From contig CBDCWR010000007.1 of the NCBI GenBank assembly GCA_965223385.1, positions 2,413,803-2,477,802 on the forward strand: 64,000 nt of DNA. Direction: 5' to 3'. The translations under genes and the position numbers were made by a program. Positions within the stretch are counted from its first letter, which is position 1. Each line of letters opens with the position of its first letter. Below, piece after piece: positions 17,742 through 27,873 of this stretch. The stretch comes from Candidatus Multivoraceae bacterium (GTDB lineage: Bacteria > Acidobacteriota > Thermoanaerobaculia > Multivoradales > Multivoraceae). The notes beneath the pieces are model-generated. The model did not search any database. It had not been told where the DNA came from and worked only from the letters and a program-made list of their open reading frames with translations.

Positions 17742-20375
17742 CTAGTCTCCCGCCAGAGCCTGTGCCGGATCGATCTTTCCGGTGCGGCGAGCGGGGACGA
17801 GCAGGGCAAGCAGAGCAACCCCTCCCAGCACGGCTGCCACGCCGGCGAGCGTCAGAGGGTCGCTCGGCTCCACCTCGTACAGGTAGGAAGAGAGGAACCT
17901 GCCGCCTGCGAGGCCGAGGAGCGCACCGCCGAGAAAGCCGACGAGGATGGGGGGCGCCTGCGACACCACCGCGGCCCGAAGCACTCCCCCCTGGGTCGCC
18001 CCCAGTGCGAGCCGCACCCCGTACTCTGCGCGCCGGCGTGCCACCGAATACGACGCCACGCCGTAGATGCCGATGGCCCCGAGCGTGACTCCGAGCAGGC
18101 TGAACGCTCCCAGGAGGAGGGTCACGAAGCTGGTGTCGCTGGCCGAGCGCGCCAGCACGACATGCAGGTCTTCGACGGCGGAGATCGGTGTGTTGGGGTC
18201 GACCCGGTCCACCAGATGCCGCACCTCCGAGCGGAGCAGCTCCGGCTGGTCGGAGCGAGCGACGACCCAGGCGGACATCTCCCACGGCCAGGAGACGTAC
18301 GGCACGTAGATCTCGGGCCGCGGCTCGAGGTAGAGGGCGTGCTGACGGATGTCGCCGACGACGCCGACGACGCGCATCCACTCGGCTCCGCCCATGGCGA
18401 CGCGGAGTCGCTTGCCCAAGGGATCTTCGCCGGGCCAGTGGGTGCGGCCGAACGCCTCGTTGACGACGACCACCGGCGCGCTGTCTTCCCGATCCTGTGC
18501 GGTGAGGGTCCGTCCGCGGAGCAGCGGAATGCGAAGGGTCTCGAAGTACCCAGGGAAGACGGCGTGGAAGTTGACGTCCGGAAGCGCCCCGCTCGGTGGG
18601 GGCTCGAAGCCTTCCGGCTCGGTGGGAAAGCTCCAGTTCTCCCGAGTTCCTGTGAGCAGCTGCACCGCACTCGCCTCGCGAACTCCGGGGGTTGCGCGCA
18701 CCTCTTCGAGGAGGGCGCCGTAGAACTGCCGGAACTCGGTCGCACCTTCTCGACCGGAGCCGAGTGGGTTCGGCCGGAAGGCCACCACCCCCTGCGGCTC
18801 GAAGCCGCTGGGCTCGCTGAGCACGCGATCGAGCGAGCGGATCATCAGCCCCGACCAGAGTGCGACGACGGCGGCCAGGGCGACCTCGACTGCAACGAGG
18901 GCCCTGCTCATGCCCCGCGATGTCTTGCGACTCGCCCGGGATCGGCCTTGTCCGGCGAGCTCCCGGCTCGTGCGGAGCGCTGGCCAGAGTCCGGAGAGCA
19001 GGGTGGCGGCGAGGGTGACCGACAGCGCGAAGAGGAGCACGGTCCAGTCGAGGCGAACGTCGTCGATCCGGGGCACATCTGCTGGAGACCAACGTGCCAC
19101 GGCCTCGATGAGACCCACGGCCAGGGCAATTCCCAGGCAGCCTCCGAGGAGCCCCAACCCCAGTGACTCGACCAGCAACAGTCGAACGATGTCGCCTCGA
19201 CCGGCCCCGAGGGCGGCGCGGATGTCGAGGTCGCGACGCCGGCTCTCGCCGCGAAAGAGAAGGAGGTTGGCGACGTTCGCGCACGCGATGACGAGCACGA
19301 GGCCCACGGCACCCAGGAGCAGGAGAAGGGCACCCTTCGCCTTGCGCACGAGCTGCGACTGGAGCCGAACCACCCCGGCGGCGGCAACCTGCTGCTCGTC
19401 GTACTGATTGGGCACCAGAGGCGCGAAGTCGCGGGCCACCTGCGCCACCTGCTGCGTTGCCTGCTCGACCGTGGCGCCCGGAGCCAGCCGCGCGATGCGC
19501 GAGTTCACGTACCACGAGCTGTCCTCGGCGATGCCCAGCGCCCGGTTGTCCACCAGCGGCACCCAGGCGACGGCCTTCTCCGGAGGATCGAAGCTCTCCG
19601 GCAGCACGCCGACGACGGTGTGGGCGTGACTGCCCGCGACGCTCAGATCGATCGACGTTCCGATCAGGTCCGGGTCGCCGCCGAAGCGAGACGCCCACAA
19701 GGAGTGGCTGAGGATCACGACCGCGGCCTTGCCCTCCTGGTCTTCGGAGGCGAGGAAGGTGCGCCCCAGGGCTGGTGTCGCGCGCAGAACGTCGAAGTAC
19801 GACGGCGAGACGCGACTCACGTCGATCTCTTCGGGGTTCCCCCGGGCCGACAGCACGGCGGTCCACACCGAGATTCCCGCGACGTCGGAGAGCGCCGGAA
19901 CGCGCTCCCGCATCTCGCGGACGCCGGCGACGTTGAAATTCGCCTCGGGCCACACGGCGACGATCCGGTCGGGCTGGGAGTGGGGCAAGGGCTCGAGCAG
20001 GACGGTGTCGATGACGCTGAACATCGTGGTGCTCGCCCCGACACCCAGGGCCAGCGTTGTGACCGCGAGAGCACTGACACCGGGCGACTGGCGCAGAGCA
20101 CGGAGGCCGTGCCGAAGATCCGTCGGGTACAGCTTCGAGGGCACCGGGCCGCTTCTGCGCCTCGCCTGCCAGCGCTCGGCCGCAGCTCCGCGCAGAAGGT
20201 CGAACAGGAGGTGCGGCCAGACGTGCACGAGGCGCTGGGTCCGCGACGGCGCCGAGCGCAGGCGCTCGAGCGCGACGGACTCCATTTCCCCTCCCCATCG
20301 GTCGCGGAAGGCGGTTGGTAGGAGCCGGAGGAGAACGCGGTAGGCCCAGAGGGTGTGCTCGAAACGGTCAGACAT
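17742..20375 (-). CDS. ADOP-family ABC transporter permease (second copy)
   Basis: Starts at MSDRFEHTLWAYRVLLRLLPTAFRDRWGGEM (permease prefix), with MacB-like periplasmic domain and FtsX halves. Same architecture as 6613..9201. Confidence 0.8.
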   Translation of the reverse strand: MSDRFEHTLWAYRVLLRLLPTAFRDRWGGEMESVALERLRSAPSRTQRLVHVWPHLLFDLLRGAAAERWQARRRSGPVPSKLYPTDLRHGLRALRQSPGVSALAVTTLALGVGASTTMFSVIDTVLLEPLPHSQPDRIVAVWPEANFNVAGVREMRERVPALSDVAGISVWTAVLSARGNPEEIDVSRVSPSYFDVLRATPALGRTFLASEDQEGKAAVVILSHSLWASRFGGDPDLIGTSIDLSVAGSHAHTVVGVLPESFDPPEKAVAWVPLVDNRALGIAEDSSWYVNSRIARLAPGATVEQATQQVAQVARDFAPLVPNQYDEQQVAAAGVVRLQSQLVRKAKGALLLLLGAVGLVLVIACANVANLLLFRGESRRRDLDIRAALGAGRGDIVRLLLVESLGLGLLGGCLGIALAVGLIEAVARWSPADVPRIDDVRLDWTVLLFALSVTLAATLLSGLWPALRTSRELAGQGRSRASRKTSRGMSRALVAVEVALAAVVALWSGLMIRSLDRVLSEPSGFEPQGVVAFRPNPLGSGREGATEFRQFYGALLEEVRATPGVREASAVQLLTGTRENWSFPTEPEGFEPPPSGALPDVNFHAVFPGYFETLRIPLLRGRTLTAQDREDSAPVVVVNEAFGRTHWPGEDPLGKRLRVAMGGAEWMRVVGVVGDIRQHALYLEPRPEIYVPYVSWPWEMSAWVVARSDQPELLRSEVRHLVDRVDPNTPISAVEDLHVVLARSASDTSFVTLLLGAFSLLGVTLGAIGIYGVASYSVARRRAEYGVRLALGATQGGVLRAAVVSQAPPILVGFLGGALLGLAGGRFLSSYLYEVEPSDPLTLAGVAAVLGGVALLALLVPARRTGKIDPAQALAGD

Positions 20376-20709
20376 CTTCGAGGAGGTCCAGGCTTTGGGC
20401 GTCGCGCACCATCGTGTGGAGCCGGGAGGCCTCGGCTCGAAGCACGGACTCGCCGAGCGCCGTGAGCCGCACGTACGACCTCCGCGGGTCGCAGCCCGTG
20501 GGGCCGCTGCACTCCTCGAGCAGCTCGTCGGCAAGGAGGTCGCGAATGCGGCGAAACAGGTTGGCGGGGTAGATGCGCAGAGTCGTTTCCGCCTTCTCGA
20601 TCCTGCGCACGATCTCGGTGCCGTAGCTCGGACCCTCGGTGAGCACCAGCAGGACCCGGAAGGCGAGTGGATGAAGCGGGAGATGCCGCGTTGGTTTCGT
20701 GTGTCTCAA
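20368..20709 (-). CDS. PadR-family transcriptional regulator (probable TTG start; the in-frame ORF extends to 20799)
   Basis: HLPLHPLAFRVLLVLTEGPSYGTEIVRRIE is a PadR HTH. TTG at 20709 has GAGAGA upstream and gives a PadR-typical short N-terminus. The stop overlaps the ADOP permease start. Confidence 0.7.
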   Translation of the reverse strand: MRHTKPTRHLPLHPLAFRVLLVLTEGPSYGTEIVRRIEKAETTLRIYPANLFRRIRDLLADELLEECSGPTGCDPRRSYVRLTALGESVLRAEASRLHTMVRDAQSLDLLEDV

Positions 20710-20724
20710 GTGTGTCTCTCGAAA

Positions 20725-20741
20725 ACTGTCGAAATGACAGT
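20725..20741. promoter_or_regulatory. Palindrome ACTGTC-GAAAT-GACAGT in the PadR / PQQ-ADH divergent intergenic region (candidate PadR operator)
   Basis: A perfect 6-bp inverted repeat with 5-bp spacer lies just upstream of the PadR TTG start. GTGTCTC and GACAGT are also directly repeated nearby. Confidence 0.3.
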
Positions 20742-20831
20742 ATCGGGCGGACAGTTTGGGGTCAAGCGGCCCCCGTCGCAGGAAGTCTCGAAGGGGCATA
20801 GAGTCGGCGCACTTTCACCGGAAGCTCGATC

Positions 20832-23099
20832 GTGACGAGGAGTTGGTCCCCCGTGTCGTTGCAGCGAAGTCGGAAGAGGCGCGGGAGCGCCCGCGCTCGA
20901 CTGGCGTCGAGCCTCGTGGCTCTCGCCGCCTTCTCGATCGTCGTTGCCGTCTCTGCCCAGGAGGAGGCGAAGCGGGGGTCGCGGCAGGAGGGGTCGAAGG
21001 AGCTCGGAGCGATCGACACCGAGCGCCTCGTCAACGTCGCCAGCGAGCCCGGCGAGTGGCTCACCGGCGGCCGCGACCTCGATCAGACGTACTACTCGCC
21101 TCTCTCTCGCATCCATCGCGGCAACGTGGGCCGGCTCGGCTACGCCTGGCACTTCGAGACGGACGCGACGCACGGGTTCGAGGCCACCCCGATCGTGGTG
21201 GACAGCGTCTTGTACTCGAGCGGTCCCTGGGGTGTGGTGTATGCGCTCGACGCCAAGACCGGCGAGAAGCTCTGGGAGTTCGACCCGCAGGTGGACGGCC
21301 AGTGGGGGCGCTACGCCTGCTGCGGCATCGTCAACCGCGGAGTAGCCGTGCACAGCGGCAGGGTCTTCGTGGCGTCGCTCGACGGCCGCCTGCACGCGCT
21401 CGACGCTCAGCTCGGGGAGCCCACGTGGCAGGCGGAGACGCTCTTCGACGACAGCCGCGGCTACAGCGTCACCGGTGCTCCGTACCTCGCGGGCGACGTC
21501 GTCGTCGTCGGCAACAGCGGCGGCGACTACGACGCGCGCGGCTACGTGTCGGGCTACTCCATCGAGACGGGTGAGTTGCGCTGGCGCTTTTTCACGGTGC
21601 CGGCCTCGGCCGAGGGGCCTCACGAGCACCCGGAGCTGGAGGTGGCTGCCCGGACGTGGGACCCGAACAGCCGCTGGGAGGCGGGCCTCGGTGGCACCGT
21701 ATGGGACGCGATGGCCTACGACCCCGAGCTCGATCTGCTCTACGTCGGCGTGGGCAACGCGACGCCCTACGCCCGCAAGGTGAGGAGCCCCGCGGGAGGC
21801 GACAACCTCTACCTCGCCTCGATCCTGGCGCTGCGTCCGGCGACCGGAAGGCTCGTGTGGCACTACCAGACCACGCCGGCAGAGAACTGGGACTACACGG
21901 CGACGCAGAAGATGATCCTCGCCGACCTGGAGATCGGCGGCCGCGAGCGCCGGGTCCTGCTGCAGGCGCCCAAGAACGGCTTCTTCTACGTTCTCGACCG
22001 CGCCACCGGTGAGCTCATCTCCGCCGAGCCCTACGTTCCCGTCAACTGGGCCTCCCATGTCGACAAGGCCACCGGGCGGCCGGTCGAGAACGGACAGGGC
22101 GAGTACTTCGACGAGCCCAGGCTGGTCTTCCCCTCGCCGGCCGGCGGACACAACTGGCAGCCGATGGCGTTCAACCCGAACCAGGGTCTGGTTTATGTCC
22201 CCGCCATCGAGATGGGTGCCGTGTTCCAGATTCCGGAGCGTCCGTTCGAGCGCGCACCGAAGGCGCTCAACTACTACTCGCTCTACACGATGACCATCGA
22301 CGGGCCGATCGGCACGGACAGCCTGGCGGCCCGAGGCCTCGACTGGGCTGCACTGCGGCGCGGCCAGCCGGATCCGACCGCGCGCGGCATCCTCCGGGCC
22401 TGGGATCCGGTGCGCCAGGTGCAGGCGTGGCAGGTGGACACGTCCGGTCCATTCGAAGGGCAGCTCGCGGCCACGTGGAACGGCGGCGGCGTCATGACCA
22501 CGGGTGGCGGCCTCGTCTTCCAGGGGCGCTCCACGGGCGAGCTGTTCGTCTACGCGGCAGACGACGGCGAGCTGCTGCACGTGGTGGACCTCGGCACCTC
22601 GATCATCGCTGCACCGATGACCTACGAGATCGACGGGCAGCAGTACGTGGCGGTGATGGCCGGTCTCGGTGGCGCCGGCGGCCGAGCCCACTTTCCAGGG
22701 ACGGCCGCGGCCGCGCGAGGCAACGCGGGCCGCATCGTCGCTCTCAGGCTCGACGGAGGAGAGGTGCCGCTGCCGCCTCTGAAGCGCCCGGCACCCCCTC
22801 CGGGTCGACCCGCCGTGGACCGTCGCGGCACTCCGGAGGAAGTGCGCACGGGCCGCGACCTCTTCGACCAGCACTGCACGCGGTGCCACGCCACGAGCGG
22901 AGTGGGAGGGGTGCCCGATCTCGGACAGATGAGCTCCCGCGTGCACGAGCGCTTCGCGGACATTCTCCTCGACGGTGCGCTGGCAGAGCGCGGCATGGGC
23001 AGCTTCGCGGACGTGCTCGGCGCGGACGACGTGCGCGCGCTGCACGCCTTCCTGATCGACCGCTCGTGGCGCGCGTTCGAAGCTGCCGAAGAGCCCTGA
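20832..23099 (+). CDS. PQQ-dependent quinohemoprotein alcohol dehydrogenase (type II ADH, C-terminal cytochrome c domain)
   Basis: A 755-aa product with a signal peptide, eight-bladed PQQ propeller motifs, the vicinal disulfide YACCGIVNRG and a C-terminal haem-binding CTRCH (CxxCH). GTG start. Confidence 0.8.
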   Translation: MTRSWSPVSLQRSRKRRGSARARLASSLVALAAFSIVVAVSAQEEAKRGSRQEGSKELGAIDTERLVNVASEPGEWLTGGRDLDQTYYSPLSRIHRGNVGRLGYAWHFETDATHGFEATPIVVDSVLYSSGPWGVVYALDAKTGEKLWEFDPQVDGQWGRYACCGIVNRGVAVHSGRVFVASLDGRLHALDAQLGEPTWQAETLFDDSRGYSVTGAPYLAGDVVVVGNSGGDYDARGYVSGYSIETGELRWRFFTVPASAEGPHEHPELEVAARTWDPNSRWEAGLGGTVWDAMAYDPELDLLYVGVGNATPYARKVRSPAGGDNLYLASILALRPATGRLVWHYQTTPAENWDYTATQKMILADLEIGGRERRVLLQAPKNGFFYVLDRATGELISAEPYVPVNWASHVDKATGRPVENGQGEYFDEPRLVFPSPAGGHNWQPMAFNPNQGLVYVPAIEMGAVFQIPERPFERAPKALNYYSLYTMTIDGPIGTDSLAARGLDWAALRRGQPDPTARGILRAWDPVRQVQAWQVDTSGPFEGQLAATWNGGGVMTTGGGLVFQGRSTGELFVYAADDGELLHVVDLGTSIIAAPMTYEIDGQQYVAVMAGLGGAGGRAHFPGTAAAARGNAGRIVALRLDGGEVPLPPLKRPAPPPGRPAVDRRGTPEEVRTGRDLFDQHCTRCHATSGVGGVPDLGQMSSRVHERFADILLDGALAERGMGSFADVLGADDVRALHAFLIDRSWRAFEAAEEP

Positions 23100-23119
23100 G
23101 CCGCGCTCGGACGTGAGCT

Positions 23120-23491
23120 CTAGAGCGCGCGCTTCCTTCGGCGCGCGAGAACCAAGGCGTAGACCGCGACGTTGATCGCGATCACCAGGAGCCCGAGCAC
23201 GATCTGCACGTTGCGGGTCAGCCCCTCGGGGTAGAGAACGGGGAGCACGTAGTGCTCGACGAAGCCGGCGTCGTAGCCCTGCTCGCCGGCCGCCCGGCGC
23301 CAGCGGTTCTCGAGGTGCGTGAGCGGGCAGATCCAGCCTCCGAACTCGATGAGTGCACCCCAGAGCGCGGCCGGCAGATGCAGCCAGACGATCCACCTCC
23401 AGCGGAGCAGCAGCAGCCCGCCGAAGACGACGAAGAGCACGAAGCCGAAGTGCAGCAGCACCGCGAGGTCGGCGAGTTGCGAGTAAAACAC
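23120..23491 (-). CDS. DUF2784-family small membrane protein
   Basis: A 123-aa product with three to four predicted TM helices (LAVLLHFGFVLFVVFGGLLLL...). It is convergent with the PQQ-ADH gene. Confidence 0.6.
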   Translation of the reverse strand: MFYSQLADLAVLLHFGFVLFVVFGGLLLLRWRWIVWLHLPAALWGALIEFGGWICPLTHLENRWRRAAGEQGYDAGFVEHYVLPVLYPEGLTRNVQIVLGLLVIAINVAVYALVLARRRKRAL

Positions 23492-23507
23492 CGCAGGCGC
23501 AGCGCAG

Positions 23508-24686
23508 TCAGCCCGCCCAGATCTCGGTGAGCACGCGCTGGAAGTTGCCGCCGAGAATGCCCCGGATGTGGTCGTCGGTGTAGCCGCGGCGCAGCAGGGC
23601 TTCGGTGAGGTCGAACATCCGTTTCGGGTGGTCGACGCCTTCGATGTCGATCTTGCCGCGGAACGCGTACGAGGCCTTGTAGGCGCTCTTGAGCGCCTCG
23701 TACTCGTCGGCCGGCATGTCGTCGTAGCCGTGCAGGTCCACGTCGCTGCCCACGCCGAGGTGCTCCACGCCGATCAGGTCGCGCACGTGGTCGAAGTGGT
23801 CGACGTAGTGCTCGATGGTGGTCGGCTCGCGGTCGCGCACGAACATGCGCACTCCCGTGATGCCCATCACGCCGCCGGTCTTCGCCATGGCCTGGATCGC
23901 TTCGTCGGTCTTCGTGCGCGGATGGCCGCCCGAGAGGACGCGACTGTTCGAGTGCGTGAAGAGCACGGGGCGCTTGGAGACCTCGCAGGCGTCGAGCGTG
24001 GTGCGGTCGCCGGAGTGGGAGACGTCGACCGCCATGCCGATCTCGTTCATGCGCTCGACGATGGAAACCCCGAAGTCGGAGATGCCGCCGTCGTTCCTCT
24101 CGGTGGCGCCGCTGCCGATGAGGTTGCGCGAGTTGTAGGTGAGCTGCGACACGCGCTGGCCGAGGCCGTAGAAGGCCGTCACGTCGTCGGGTGTGCGGAA
24201 GTGGGAGGCGGTCTGCGTGCCGATGAGGATGCCGGCGCGGCCCGAGCCGTGCACTGCGGCGAGATCTTCGGCCGAGTCGATGCGCACGAAGAGGTCCGGC
24301 CGGTTCGCGATGATGGAGTTGTAGCCGGCCACGAACATCAGGGTGTTGTGGTAGAGGTCGTCGAAGTCGCGCCCGCCGACCCCGACCGCGATGTGGAACA
24401 CGTCGATCTCCGAGTCGCGGAACTCCTGCTCTTCTGCGTCGGTCAGGCCGTCGAGGGAAGGCCCCCACCGCTCCTGGACCGATCTCGAGATCGCAAGCGG
24501 CGAGAGCATGTCGATCACGAGCGACCCGGCCACGAGGTCGATGCAGCGCGTGCTGTACTCGGTGGCCGACTGCGCAAACAGGCGCGACCGGCCGAGGTTG
24601 AGCATGGGCGAGGCCAGGCCCAGCGCGGCGGTGCCTGCCGCACCGCGGAGCACCGAGCGGCGCGACATGTGGCTCGAAGCGTTCAT
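23508..24686 (-). CDS. Membrane dipeptidase (peptidase M19, renal dipeptidase family), Tat-type signal
   Basis: A 392-aa product with SRRSVLRGAAGTAALG, a Tat-like signal. It carries M19 motifs (VDVSHSGDRT, FTHSNSR, GVGSDVD). Confidence 0.8.
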   Translation of the reverse strand: MNASSHMSRRSVLRGAAGTAALGLASPMLNLGRSRLFAQSATEYSTRCIDLVAGSLVIDMLSPLAISRSVQERWGPSLDGLTDAEEQEFRDSEIDVFHIAVGVGGRDFDDLYHNTLMFVAGYNSIIANRPDLFVRIDSAEDLAAVHGSGRAGILIGTQTASHFRTPDDVTAFYGLGQRVSQLTYNSRNLIGSGATERNDGGISDFGVSIVERMNEIGMAVDVSHSGDRTTLDACEVSKRPVLFTHSNSRVLSGGHPRTKTDEAIQAMAKTGGVMGITGVRMFVRDREPTTIEHYVDHFDHVRDLIGVEHLGVGSDVDLHGYDDMPADEYEALKSAYKASYAFRGKIDIEGVDHPKRMFDLTEALLRRGYTDDHIRGILGGNFQRVLTEIWAG

Positions 24687-24776
24687 GGAGTCCCTTCCTT
24701 GCTTGCCCCGATCTCGTGACGTCGAGGCGTGATGGCTGCGGTCAGGCTATCGTGCGCCCAACGAGGGGGAGCGGAC

Positions 24777-25748
24777 ATGGGAAAGCGTCTGATTCGATTC
24801 AGCAAGGGCGACGAAGCCCGCTGGGGTCTCGTGGAGGGGCCCGTTGCCTACGAGCTGACGGCGCAACCGGGCAGCCTCGGCGAGCTGCTCCGGGATCTCG
24901 AAACGAGCCTGCGCCTGTGCTCGGCCGAGGCGCAGCAGATCGAAGATCTCGAGGTGCTGAGCCCGGTGACGGCGCCCTGCCAGATCGTCTGCCAGGGGCT
25001 CAACTACTCCTCCCACCGTGAGGAGTCGGGGCAGGTGGCGAGAGCTCCGTACAACCTCGTGTTCAGCAAACCTGCGTCCACGTTGTGCGGGGCCCACGCG
25101 GACGTCGTCCGGCCCCACGGCGTGCGCCTGCTCGACTACGAGCTCGAGCTGGGTCTCGTCATCGGCCGCGAGATCCGGCAGAAGACCGAGATCACCGACT
25201 CGAACCTGCACGAGTTCGTGGCCGGGATCGTGCTCACGAACGACGTCTCGGCCCGCGACGTGCAGATCCCGCAACAGCAGTGGTTCAAGGGCAAAGGCTT
25301 CCGCACGTTCTGCCCCGTGGGGCCGTTCCTCTACCTCCTCGACGAAGACGACGTTCCGAGACTCCACGATCTCGACATCGAGCTCCGGGTGAACGGAGAG
25401 GTGCGCCAGCAGGCGAGCACCTCGCAGCTGCTGTACGGCCCGGCCGAGACGCTCGCGGAGCTTTCCGGGATCATGGATCTCCACCCGGGTGATCTCGTCC
25501 AGACCGGAACGCCCGGCGGCGTGGCGCTCCAGGCGCCGTCTGCGCTCCAGCAGCGGATCGCCCGAGCCCTGTTCAGCGAGGAGAAGCTCTTCGAGATGTT
25601 CGTCGAGCGCCAGGCGAAAAATCCGCGCTATCTCCAGGACGGCGACGTGATGGAGCTGCGCGCCACGAGCTCGGACGGCGTGATCGACCTCGGGCTGATG
25701 CGCACCCGCGTCGTCGCGGAGGCATCCCGACACACCACCGACACGTAA
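24777..25748 (+). CDS. Fumarylacetoacetate hydrolase (FAH)-family protein
   Basis: ATG at 24777 is preceded by GAGGGGGAG. The product has LDYELELGLVIGR and GTPGGVA motifs of the FAH fold. Confidence 0.8.
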   Translation: MGKRLIRFSKGDEARWGLVEGPVAYELTAQPGSLGELLRDLETSLRLCSAEAQQIEDLEVLSPVTAPCQIVCQGLNYSSHREESGQVARAPYNLVFSKPASTLCGAHADVVRPHGVRLLDYELELGLVIGREIRQKTEITDSNLHEFVAGIVLTNDVSARDVQIPQQQWFKGKGFRTFCPVGPFLYLLDEDDVPRLHDLDIELRVNGEVRQQASTSQLLYGPAETLAELSGIMDLHPGDLVQTGTPGGVALQAPSALQQRIARALFSEEKLFEMFVERQAKNPRYLQDGDVMELRATSSDGVIDLGLMRTRVVAEASRHTTDT

Positions 25749-25800
25749 GTGCTCCTCGGGGAGGCTCCCTCCTCGAGATCGAACGACCCGGAGAGACGAG

Positions 25801-27147
<1,347 letters not shown>

Positions 27148-27153
27148 GCGGCT

Positions 27154-27753
27154 CTACGCACGTGGGCGGGGCCAGAAGCGGCCCGTGCGCGCCATGTACT
27201 CGCGGTAGTCGTCGCCGAAGTGCTCGATGAGCGCCTCCTCTTCGGTGCGCAGACGAAAGACCACCACCAGGAAGAGGAGCGCGAGGAAGCTTCCCCCGAC
27301 GCCCCAGTGGTCGGTGAAGAGCAGCACGGTCACGCCCCACGCGAACGAGCCGGTGTACATCGGATGGCGAATGCGCGCGTAGGGCCCGGTGGTCACCAGC
27401 TCCTGCTCGTCGAACGTGATCACGTACTTGGCGCCGGCCTTGCCGATGGTCTTGAACACCCAGCACAAGAAACCGAGGCACAGCAGAGACGCGGCGAAAC
27501 CGGCCCAGCGCACCGCGACGGGCAGCCCGATGTGCATCCACGGCGGGTCCCAGGAGAAGAGGTAGGCGAAGAACGCGGAGTAGAACGCCAGGCCCGCAAC
27601 GCCCATGACGACGAAGACGACCTTCTTCTCCTGGACCCGGCGGCCCTCCTTCTTTCCCACCGCCATGCCGGCGTACGCGCCCCGCACGACGCCCATGCCG
27701 AGCATCTCGACCACGAGGGCCAGGCGCATGAAGAGATCCAGGTCAATCGGCAA
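27154..27753 (-). CDS. Isoprenylcysteine carboxyl methyltransferase (ICMT/PEMT)-family membrane methyltransferase
   Basis: A 199-aa multi-TM protein with the RIRHPMYTG and EEALIEHFGDDYREY C-terminal motifs of the ICMT family. Confidence 0.65.
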   Translation of the reverse strand: MPIDLDLFMRLALVVEMLGMGVVRGAYAGMAVGKKEGRRVQEKKVVFVVMGVAGLAFYSAFFAYLFSWDPPWMHIGLPVAVRWAGFAASLLCLGFLCWVFKTIGKAGAKYVITFDEQELVTTGPYARIRHPMYTGSFAWGVTVLLFTDHWGVGGSFLALLFLVVVFRLRTEEEALIEHFGDDYREYMARTGRFWPRPRA

Positions 27754-27873
27754 GGCTGCTTTCGGCTCGCGGAGGGTTTGGGAACGGTCTCGCAGGGCAC
27801 ATCGCTCGCCTCGATGCTACAGGTCGAGAGGCGCGCTCGTCGGGCTATCGTGTGAGCCCACGGGAGGTGTGCG

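Noticed and set aside
17587-20298. 903-aa minus-strand ORF in an alternative frame
   Set aside because: It overlaps the second ADOP permease in another frame. The product is extremely Arg/Gly/Pro-rich, whereas the permease frame has TM helices and family motifs.
23124-23150. GC-rich hairpin between the PQQ-ADH and DUF2784 genes, a possible terminator
   Set aside because: It lies inside the DUF2784 coding sequence (encoding the C-terminal RRRKRAL) and has no U-tract, so it is not called as a terminator.
20706-23396. 896-aa minus-strand ORF
   Set aside because: It is antisense to the PQQ-ADH gene, which has multiple diagnostic motifs (CC disulfide, CxxCH). Its own translation is low-complexity.
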